Source: Octopus sinensis (taxonomy: Eukaryota). Taken from it: a stretch of DNA of 64,000 nucleotides. This document shows positions 54,203 to 64,000 of the stretch, one piece after another. Location: positions 44,826,001-44,890,000 of the forward strand of contig NC_042998.1 of the NCBI RefSeq assembly GCF_006345805.1, in the 5' to 3' direction. A program made the position numbers and the translations under genes. Positions within the stretch are counted from its first letter, which is position 1, and every line of letters starts with the position of its first letter. A model generated the notes under the pieces. That model did no database searches. It was not told the DNA's origin and worked only from the letters and a program-made list of their open reading frames with translations.

Positions 54203-54743
54203 CGCACAATCACATACGCATACGTACACACACACTGAGAATATTATGCAAACGCGGTTATATTTTTAAAGATGGTATGTGTTAGATGAGTCAGTTACAC
54301 AGCGTATTCTTACAAAACTTGATCTTTTGTCATCAGGTCTTAGAAGATTTATACTCTAAACCTCAGACCGCCAGAGCTTCACACGTCATCTTCAGTTTTT
54401 CTCGACAACCTTACTTCACACGCTACATTTTCGTCAGCAATCCATCGACCATTTTGCATAATACGTCCGTACAAAATGGTTGACGTCAACAACCAGAATA
54501 AGAACGGGTTTAATAAGAACCGGAAAATTTTCTTTGATATAATTCAGTCATTGGACAATGGCTATGAGGGGCACCGCCTTGACGGGCTTAGTCAAGCAAA
54601 TTGACTCAAATACTTTTTTTCCCTTTTTTTAATTTTTAAAACTGTTATTTATTCTACCGGTCCCTTTTCGCTGAACCAGAAAGTTACAGGACCGTAAACA
54701 CACCAACACCAGGCTTCAAGCGGCGTAAGGAGATAAACACACA

Positions 54744-54776
<33 letters not shown>

Positions 54777-54784
54777 TATATATA

Positions 54785-55146
54785 TATATTAGAAGAAATA
54801 AGGTACTCAGAAATGTGGATGGTTTTACATTTACAGATTTTTATTAATATGTCACATGTTTTGATAAATATCTTAACGCTTGCATCAACTCAAGTAGAAT
54901 CTCCAGATTTTGCGGCGGTAGTGGTAGCGGTATTGGTAGAGATTTTTGTAGTTGTAGTTGTTGTAGTGATGTAAGTGGTGGTGGCGATGGCGATTCTACT
55001 AGAGTAGATGCAAGCGCTAATATAGGATTTATAAAAACGTGACATATTAATAAAAATCTGTAAATGTAAAACCATCCAGATTTCTGAGTACCTTATTTCT
55101 TCTAATATATAATACTTGTACATCACCTCCAAACCTTCTAATATAT
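54785..55146. mobile_element. Fold-back element: ~117-bp inverted arms (54785-54901 / 54992-55110) around a 90-bp spacer
   Basis: Arm TATATTAGAAGAAATAAGGTACTCAGAAAT...GTAGAATC recurs as its reverse complement; the outer ~70 bp differ at one position. Left end lies in (TA)n. The right side continues to a second CTTCTAATATAT at 55135-55146. Confidence 0.8.
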
Positions 55147-55227
55147 ATATATAAGATATATTTAAATGCCGATCTTATCAGGTGGCCAATATGGGAATAA
55201 AAACCTTCAAAGGTAATAATCATTTAA

Positions 55228-55513
55228 AATTATAATTTAGAGTATCTAAGAGATACCACCACGCTGGAAATAGCAGTCAAAACTTGACTCTAAAACCACA
55301 TTAAATGTTCATACAGCACCAGGAGAGAAGATAAAGAGACAAAATAAAGAGTCAGAAATCCGGGATCTGGAATTATCCAATAATTCTTTTTTGCTAGTTT
55401 ATTTTGTCTCTTTGTCTTCTCTGCTGGTGCTGTATGAACATTTAATGTGGTTTTAGAGTCAAGTTTTGACTGCTATATCCAGCGTGGTGGTATCTCTTAG
55501 ATACCCTAAATTA

Positions 55514-55518
<5 letters not shown>
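55228..55518. mobile_element. Second fold-back element: 121-bp inverted arms (55228-55348 / 55398-55518), 49-bp spacer
   Basis: Arms match as reverse complements with 4 mismatches by manual comparison; the right arm ends in (TA)n. Confidence 0.82.
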
Positions 55519-55576
<58 letters not shown>

Positions 55577-55585
<9 letters not shown>

Positions 55586-55742
55586 TCACGAAAAAAACAA
55601 AAGACGAAGACAGGTGGTGTATAAAACAAATAGATGTATTAGTATAACGCTCAGGAAATTGAAAAAGTCTTTTACGTTTCGAGCCTACGCTCTTCTACAG
55701 AAAGGGACACAGAGACAAGGAGAGAAAAAAAATGTGTGTAGT
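55577..55742 (-). mobile_element. Penelope-like terminal remnant abutting (GA)n/(TA)n
   Basis: Carries the hammerhead-like motif and the TTCCTGAGCGT motif shared with the 32.2-kb copy. Ends in CTCTCCCC next to a microsatellite. Confidence 0.5.
55669..55704 (-). ncRNA. Hammerhead-like motif with variant core CUGUAGA
   Basis: Minus strand reads CTTT-CTGTAGA-A-GAGC-gtag-GCTC-GAAAC-GTA-AAAG. Perfect 4-bp stems I and II and a GUA site, but core position A6 is U. Confidence 0.58.
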
Positions 55743-55748
55743 GGCTAC

Positions 55749-55779
<31 letters not shown>

Positions 55780-55919
55780 GAAAGAGAGAGAGAGAGAGAA
55801 ACAAAATTACAGCGATGTTCTTTCAATTTCCATCTACTGAATTCACTCTCATAATTTTCGTCGGTCTGGGACAAGATACTTGTCCAAAGTGTCATGCAGT
55901 GGGAATGAACCCGGCGTCA

Positions 55920-55958
<39 letters not shown>

Positions 55959-57444
55959 ACTGAATGAATGGTACAGGCATTGATCATCACCAGAAATGAC
56001 CCTGGGATTAATTCTCTAGGTCATTCAATTTTTACTCAACCGATCAATGGACTGATTGAGCAAACCTATCAATAACGAACTTATAACGACTACTGGAAAC
56101 AGCTGTGAGTCAAATTTACAACAATAAAGAAAAATATGCAATTTCCATTATTTATGTCTTGTCTTATATAGAGAGAGCTGACGACAATATAATTAACATC
56201 TACTAATTATTGAAGCAGTGTTCCAGCACTAATCAAAAGCTACTTTGAGTTGTATAACGCTTCCACACACTCTACCACCCAGAGAGAGACAGAGACAGAC
56301 AGATAGAGAGACAGATAGATAGACAGACAGACAGTCAGACAGACACAGACGGACACAGACACTACAGAAGCATGGAATGTAAGCTTCTTAACACTTTTAT
56401 ACTGAACTATTATAGCGTTGAATTGTTTCAATACAAAATTCAACGAGTAATACAATTGACAATACCAATGAGAGAGATGACGGTGAGAGGGTGGTAGTGA
56501 GAAGAGGATGGTGAGAGGAGGGTGAAGGGGAGGATGTTCAGTATGGCGGTGGGGAAATGGTGGGAGAGTTGGTTGAGGTTGTAGAGTTAGGAACGGTGGA
56601 GGGGGTGTTGAAAATTTAAGCCAAGCAGACCAATGAACAAATTCAGATGCGACCAATATTTCTTTTAAGAGATGCGCAGAAGTACATGCTTCATTCTCTA
56701 CTTTTACCAGTTAAGGCGATCGTGCGTGATTTGAAGGAGTTTGGCAACTATTTCTAGTGGGTCAACAGCAAGCCCACTTGGCGGGTCCTTTACTATGTGT
56801 GTATGTGTGTGTGTGTGTGTGTGTGTTTGTGAGTGTGTGTGTTTGTGAGTGTGTGTGTGTGTGTGTATGTGTGTGTGTGTGTGTGTGTGCCTGTGTGTGT
56901 GTGTGTGCGCTTGCGTGTGTCCGTGACTACTGTACTGAACCGGTCGACGCATTAGGTCTACCAACTCAGTAAAAATTCTGAAACAAATACAGCAACTCGT
57001 TTCGAGCTGTTTCTTCCGATTCTTTACGACCCGAGTTCAAATACCGCCGTGTTCAAATATCGTCTTTCATCCCTCCAGAATCGATAAGGTACCAGTCAAG
57101 GATCAATGAAGTACCAGTCAAGGATCGATAAGGTACCAATCAACTACTGGAGCCTATGATATCGACTAATTCCATCCCACTTGCAACTGTTGGCCTTGAA
57201 CCTAAATTACAAGACATTATTAATTCCTTTTCAAAGGCGATGTAATGGTACAATGGTTAGAAGGGTCGACAAAATTCTTTGTGACATTTTTCTGGATCGT
57301 AGTGTTCTGAGTTCGAGCCGCGCCACCATTTTTTTCCTTTTAGGAATCGATTCAATAAATCACCAATCGATTTGATTGACAAAGTTCCCGACACCCAACA
57401 CCCACCCACGACCGAGATTGTTAGTCTTGTATCTATTTTTTATC

Positions 57445-57712
57445 TGTTATTTGTTTCAATCATAGGACAACGGCCACGCTGGGGCTCTGCCTTAAAGGGT
57501 TTCAGTCAAGCAGGTCAACCCAAGTACTTATTTTTTAAAGTCTTCTACTTATTCTGTCGGTCTCTTTTAGTCATAGGAATGTACCAAACCCGGTTGTCAA
57601 ACGGTGTGCAGTGGAACAAACGCAAACACACACACAGTTTCCGTCTACCAGATGCACTCATAAGGCATTGATTGGCTCAGATCTAAAGTAGAAGTACCAC
57701 GCAGTGGAACTG
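57445..57712 (-). mobile_element. Family-B SINE, 3' two-thirds
   Basis: Reverse complement of the GTGGCC..GAAACAA tail and the GGTAGACGGAAACTG block. Confidence 0.65.
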
Positions 57713-58052
57713 CCGCTTAAATAATAGTTATAATATTAGTTATGTATTATTTGTGTATTATCATTACTATTGATATGATAATAGTTATTGTCAGCGTTTA
57801 AATGCATCCAGTATCCATAGCAATAAGCTTCAAACAAGCAATCTTTTTTAAATTAAAAACTTTACATTTCTTATCGCTTTTAAACACACATAGACATACA
57901 CAAAGATAGCTGTAGACGCATAAAAGAAATAGCCCCAAATACACATGTACACACACAAAACACAATGACACATACAGGTGTACACAAACACATACGTTCA
58001 CACATACAAGTGTAATCACAAGTACACACATGTACTAAAACAATAAACACGT

Positions 58053-58700
58053 AGAGGGCGGCGAGCTGGCAGAATCATTAGCACGCTGGACGAAATGCCT
58101 TGCGGGATTTCGTCTGCCGTTATGTTCTGAGTTCAAATTCCGCCGAGATCGACTTTGCCGTTCATTGTTTCCTGGTCGATAAATTAAGAACCAGTTGCGT
58201 ATTCGAGTCGATCTAATCGACTGCCCCCCCCCCACTCCCCAAAAATGTTGGGTCTTGTGCCTAGAGTAGAAAAGAATATACGAGTACAGGGCGGCGAGCT
58301 AGCAGAATCGTTAGCACGCCGGGCGAAATGCCTAGCGGTATTTCGTCTACCGTTACGTTCTGAGTTCAAATTCCACCGAGGTCGATTTTGCCTCTCATCC
58401 GTTCGGGGTCGATTAAATAAGTACCAGTTACGCATTGGGGTTGATATAATCGACTTAATCCGTTTGTCTGTCCTTGTTTGTCCCTCTGTGTGTAGCCCCT
58501 TGTGGGCAGTAAAGAAATAGGTATTTCGTCTGCCGTTACGTTCTGAGTTCAAATTCGAGGTCGCCTTTGCCTCTTATCAGTTCGGGGTCGATTAAATAAG
58601 TACCAGTTACGCACTGGGGTCGATGTAATGGACTTAATCCGTTTGTCTGTCCTTGTTTGTCCCCTCTATGTTTAACCCCCTGTGGGCTATAAAGAAATAA
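58053..58700 (+). mobile_element. Family-A SINE monomer followed by a dimer
   Basis: Monomer about 58053-58270; dimer about 58278-58700 with junction GAAATAGGTATTTC at 58514-58527. Confidence 0.88.
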
Positions 58701-58830
58701 ATATACACGTTCATAATGTACCAACAAAATATGCTGTATCTACAAGAAATAACAGCCAAATTCCGTTAAATAGTAGTCAGTCATCTTCAAATAGATGCTT
58801 TGTTCAGTGCATTTATATATATATATATAT

Positions 58831-58902
<72 letters not shown>

Positions 58903-59033
58903 AATATATATATTATATATATATTATATGATAGCTGAAGTAAAAAAAATAGGTTTCTTATTGCATATAATGTATTATTTATATTTTGAGTTTTGCTTTT
59001 CTCGTATGTTTTCGTCCAAAACTCTAGACTGCA

Positions 59034-59098
<65 letters not shown>

Positions 59099-59229
59099 TA
59101 TATATATATTATACATATATATATATATATATATACATATATATATAAGTGTGTGTGAGTGTGTGAGTGTATGTATGCATATGTATTTGTATGTATATGT
59201 TCAAATATATATTACACACACACACGCAT

Positions 59230-59280
<51 letters not shown>

Positions 59281-60033
59281 TATATATATATATTATATAT
59301 ATATATATATATACATATATATATTTCTGAGCAAGCATTTTTTTCTTGTAAATATGTTTAAATATTTTCTCGTAATGACTACTCCATTACGTTTGTGATA
59401 GCATGTTAGCACTTGTGTGTGTGAGTGTTTGTGTGTGTGTGTGTGTGTACATTTATGTATACAGATATATACACACTTATACGTAAACACATACATACAT
59501 GTATATACAAATACGTATACACACACACACGCCCACAAACACACTAACATATAAACACATATACACATTAATATTCTCTTCATATCTAACACGCACCCTG
59601 ATCTCTGTGATAACCTTTGTATTATACGTAGCAGCTGGAAAAATTCTTCAGATTATTAAAAAGATATTAAAAGCCTTAAAGTTCTTCTTTCATAAGGTTT
59701 ATTATTAAAGAACATCCAAGTGGAAATAATTGTATTCATTTATATAACAAAATAAACGAATGGATGAATTGACAGAGTTAGAAGTAGGAATAATATTCGT
59801 TTTGTTGAGTTTCGCAGTTCATCAACAGCTACCTCCTTCATCATAAACATTCATTATAATATTATAATAATGACATTAAATGAAAAAAGTCTCCAGTAGA
59901 GCAGCTGAAAATATTTGGGGGAAATGAAAAGAAGCAAATAAACTTAATGTCAAGGCCATAGTTTAATATTTAAATGTAAATGAAATCAAAGAACCCAAGG
60001 GAAAAAATGTTTTTAAAACATGAGAAATTATAA

Positions 60034-60065
<32 letters not shown>

Positions 60066-60124
60066 ATAGTGATAGTGATAGTGGTGGTGTGGTGGTGGTG
60101 GTGGTTGTGGTGGTGGTGGTGGTG

Positions 60125-60190
<66 letters not shown>

Positions 60191-60442
60191 ATAATAATAA
60201 TTGCCCTATTGCAGTACTAGGCAGTGGCTCTAGTGGCTTCTGATCTTAACTGACTGGAAGTGTTATCATGTACATTGTTTTGCCTTGGTATAAAAGATGG
60301 GCAACAGCAAATATTCTGCTCAATACCACAGATTTGCTTGTCAGTTGTTTGACCCTAACCAGTTTTAAGCATGGCGGTGTCCCAGCATGGCCGTAGTCCA
60401 ATGATGGAAACAAGTAAACGATAACACTAAGGAAAGATAAAT

Positions 60443-60880
60443 TCAACTCAGATCCTTCCGTGCTGTGAGCCGCATAACGCAATAAGCTTCCGCCAATGAG
60501 ATCAGTCTGCTACAGTTCTGCCCACTCCTGTCCAGCCAGTCCTCATACATTTGAGATTGTCCTGGAATGTCCGGTGCCAGGTGTTGCGAGACTGGTCCCT
60601 TTTTTTCCGCTTTCCTTCTTCCGGTATCCACGTCATTGCAATCTTGAAATGCCGAATGGTCTGCAGGCAGAAAATATAATCTACCAACTGAAGCCCAAAT
60701 AGCCTCATGGTGATTACAGTGGTTGGTATTTGTCTCATAAAAATGTTCGTTCATTTGCAATTCTATTTTGCCAGTTGACTTTCAAGATTTTCTGCAGATA
60801 TCGTTGGTGGAATGTAGCCAACTCCTTGTCTAACTTCGCAGTCATTTTCCATATTTCACTGCCATACAGAAGTGTGCTGA
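60443..60880 (-). mobile_element. RTE-clade LINE 3' end
   Basis: STLLYGSEIWKMTAKLDKELATFHQRYLQKILKVNWQNRIANE..KIAMTWIPEEGKRKKRDQSRNTWHRTFQDNLK. Confidence 0.88.
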
Positions 60881-61164
60881 ACCACGGCATACATACATGC
60901 ATACATACATACATACTTACATACATGCATGCATATATACAAGTGTGTTTATTTGTACATATATGTACATATGTGTTTATATACGCCTTGGTGTGCGTTT
61001 ACACGTAAATATATATGTGTGTGAGTGTGTGTGCGCGTGTATGTGCGCGTGTGTGTGTATTATATAATATTTTGTATAATTATATAATAATTTATATAAT
61101 AATTTTACATAATTATATTATATTATATTATATTGTATCCATCTATCCATCCATCTCTTCAACC

Positions 61165-61495
61165 TAATATTCCTGAGAGGACTATGGGAGTAGAGTCCTC
61201 GGGTACCTTCTTCATAGGACCCTACCAGAAGCAACCATCATTACACTTTTGGGCTGGATTCCGAAGCGTGACCGAGTGTGTCTATCGATATTATCCAATC
61301 ATATCATTCTTGGTCTACACCTAGGTAGACCAATCCATGTTACAACTCTTTCCTGCGATATTTTAAACACATGTCCCTAACACGGGAGCTGTGACTTCTC
61401 AATGCGGGGAAGTAGCGGCTCAGCCTCGAGACTATCTCAGATCTCCAAGCTACGCACCAGTGATTCTTCAAAGCAACACCATTCCGGCGCTTGTA
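61165..61495 (-). mobile_element. RTE-clade LINE 3' fragment related to the 45.4-kb copy
   Basis: RIQAPE..DSLEAEPLLPRIEKSQL..GHVFKISQERVV..RCRPRMI*LDNI. Confidence 0.7.
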
Positions 61496-61537
61496 TTCTA
61501 TTCTGTTATATTACATTACAATATATCATATATTCCT

Positions 61538-61850
61538 AAAAAAAAAAACGTCACCCTTTTCAAGCCTAGCCAGGCTCATGGGCACGGTTTCCCGGTTTCT
61601 GTGGCGTATGTGTTTCCCCCAGCTGGACGGGACGCCAGTCCATCGCAGCGTTATTCAAGAAACAGGAAGAAAGAGTGAGAGAAAAGTTGTGGCGAAAGAG
61701 TACAACAGGGGTCGCCACCACCCCCTGCCGGAGCCTCGTGGAGCTTTTAGGTGTTTCCGCTCGATAAACACACAACGCCCTGTCTGGGAATCGAAACCGC
61801 GATCCTCCGACGGCGAGTCCGCTGCCCTAACGACTGGGCCATTGCGCCTC
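61538..61850 (-). mobile_element. SINE sharing the V-like 3' half with the 15.4-kb SINE but with a different 5' half
   Basis: Same AACGCTGCGATGGACTGGCGTCCCGTCCAG..GAAACCGGGAAACC..CATGAGCCTG tail. 26-bp flanking duplication with one mismatch at 61508-61533 and 61859-61884. Confidence 0.82.
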
Positions 61851-62545
61851 CATATCAGATATTACATTACATTATATCATATATATATTATTATGTTATA
61901 CTATGCCATACATTCCGCAACAGACCGGGTTCTTACTCAGGATGGGTACTGTCCTCTTATCCAAGATGCTTTGGAAATCCGGATAATCTCTAGCATCATA
62001 AGCGTTTAGTCTAGATTTTCGACCTTTTTTTCTCCATCCAAGGGATTTTGAATCCAATATATTGCCTACTATTTTTATAAGTGCATCCTAAAAGTGTGGG
62101 TGGATATATGTGTGCGTGCGTACGTCTCTATGTTTGTCTCACTGTCTTCTCTTATACATTTGAAGTCCATCTTTTCTCAGAACGTGTTGCTTGGAATAAG
62201 GATTAGTAAAACCTTCAACTTTTAACAAATCATTAGCGTAGCCATTGGCAGAGTCATGTGGCGGTACGACCGAAGTGATGCTTCTGCGGAGGCGATACTT
62301 TTGGGTCTGCTGTATAAACCTGTACAGGCTTTGGGCCCGAGGAGGAGCAGCAAACCCAAGGGCTGTTTCGGGTGACATACACACTCTAGCTACACCACCA
62401 TAACGAATACAATAAAACTCTATATCTCGTATTTATTTTACCTTTTTTCTTGCCTTATTTTCTGTGACCATATCAAAGATATATGTATGTGGGTGGATGG
62501 CTGGGTGTTGTGCATATGTGTGTGAATGGATGAATTTATGAAACA

Positions 62546-62714
62546 GTTCTATATTTAAGAGATGAGGAATTATGTACATTATTTACATTATTTACATTTG
62601 ACGGATAGTTGTCCTCATCTTGTTTGTTGTTAACACAACGTTTCGGCTGATATATCATCCAGCCTTCATCAGGTGTCTTGGGGAGATTTTGAACCTGGGT
62701 TCTCATTCCTAAGC
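62546..62714 (-). mobile_element. Penelope-like element terminal-repeat remnant carrying the hammerhead
   Basis: Non-microsatellite block around the hammerhead, embedded in a (GAAT)n-rich tract. Assignment rests on the known association of minimal hammerheads with Penelope-like elements. Confidence 0.55.
62632..62677 (-). ncRNA. Minimal type I hammerhead ribozyme motif (Penelope-type)
   Basis: Minus strand reads GACAC-CTGATGA-A-GGCTG-gatgatatat-CAGCC-GAAAC-GTT-GTGTT. Intact core, 5-bp stem II, 5-bp stem I with one G-U pair, palindromic AACGTT stem III, GUU cleavage triplet. Confidence 0.8.
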
Positions 62715-63515
62715 TATAATGAATATACGAATGAATATATGAATGAGTGAATTAATAATGCATGAATGACGGAATTTATGAATAAGCGACCGAATGAATA
62801 TGTGATTAAACTGATATCTGAATGAGTCAATGAATACATGAATGAACATGCGAATGAATGAACATACGAATGAATGAATATACGAATGAGTGAACATATG
62901 AATAAATGAATGACTATATAAATGACTGAATGAATACTATATGAATTAATGAATGAATATATTTATTAATTCATCAATCGAGAAACTCAAACACGACCCA
63001 TTCTTTTTGTCTTCGTGCTCTCATCAGGATGAATAGGGTCCTTAATGGACCACTCGATCCGATTCACTGTCGGGGGTTACTTCTCTTAGCCTTCCCCGCT
63101 ACGCAGGCGCTCATGGGCAAACAGACCTTATGCTAGAAGTTGTCCTTCTATTTTGGCTGTTGCTCACAGACAAACTGATCGGTTAAACCACCACTGTAAC
63201 TATGAACACAGAAGTGTCTTCTCTCAGATAAAAGCTTTAGTAAAAGCTAAGGGGTGCTTCATTCCTAAGTTTTCCTTTACAGCATGCTAAGCCAGAATTA
63301 AAAAGTTCCCGTACTATCTAGTACAGTCGCGGAGCCTTAAATTCCTGGTTTTTTTAAGAGACACTGTTCTTGACAGACATTGTCCTTTAGTCCTACTAGA
63401 CTTCTAGAAACATTTCTACCAAGAAATTTTGACGAGGGAACCGATTTAGCAGCCGAGGACTCGACCATGAAAAAGATTATTTTAGACAACATATTGCCAT
63501 TAGCAGAAGCAGTCA

Positions 63516-63590
<75 letters not shown>

Positions 63591-63840
63591 TTAAAATTAA
63601 GGATAAAATCTTTATAAGAAATTATCAGTAGTTAGCGGGAAAAACCTCGTAAGAGAAAAAATCTGAAAATTTTTCCACTTAGAAAATATTTATTTATATT
63701 ATATAGAGGGTACTATTATTCATAGGTACCGCACGCTAGGAGGAACTCTTGCAGTCAAAACTACTAAAATAAACAAATTGTACCGAATGCAAAACTTCAA
63801 AGCAAGTCATTTAAAAGCAGAATTTAGTTACATATCACCT

Positions 63841-63911
<71 letters not shown>

Positions 63912-63913
<2 letters not shown>

Positions 63914-64000
63914 GATAAACAGGCAAAGTCGACCTCGGCGGAATTTGAGCTCAGAACGTAAAGACGAACGAAATGCCCCTAAGCAATTTTTTCGGCGTGC
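63912..64000 (-). mobile_element. Partial family-A SINE running off the window end
   Basis: GGCAAAGTCGACCTCGGCGGAATTTGAGCTCAGAACGT matches the family body and head. Confidence 0.8.

Noticed and set aside
63070-63130. Possible HDV-like ribozyme (AGC-CTTCCCC-GCT as P3/L3)
   Set aside because: No complementary P1 or P2 strands could be found.
63337-63519. ORFs on both strands next to (TA)n; SKFLGRNV faintly resembles a late RT motif
   Set aside because: Too short and without other RT motifs.

Overview
AT-rich, repeat-saturated eukaryotic DNA, probably intronic or intergenic. The SINE families and the density of TA/CA/GATA microsatellites suggest an octopod cephalopod genome (inference, not checked). 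No host protein-coding gene can be supported. Almost all ORFs in the six-frame track are microsatellite read-through. The only long real ORF (36319-38190) is the reverse-transcriptase part of a 5'-truncated CR1/L2-type LINE, inserted with a 12-bp target-site duplication (TSD) inside a SINE. The window also holds more than 20 copies of one tRNA-derived SINE, often as dimers or trimers with a fixed junction. There are several CORE- or V-domain-like SINEs, RTE and R4/Dong LINE 3' remnants and an L1/Tx1-like ORF1 remnant fused to a SINE. The most interesting signals are: (1) three minimal hammerhead-ribozyme motifs of the Penelope type, one with an intact core; (2) fold-back inverted repeats at (TA)n tracts, one enclosing a copy of DNA from 1.8 kb upstream; (3) a SINE/LINE pair sharing a 3' motif architecture; (4) degenerate periodic arrays with a conserved core and variable spacer. 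All coordinates were read by eye; edges of diverged repeats are approximate.
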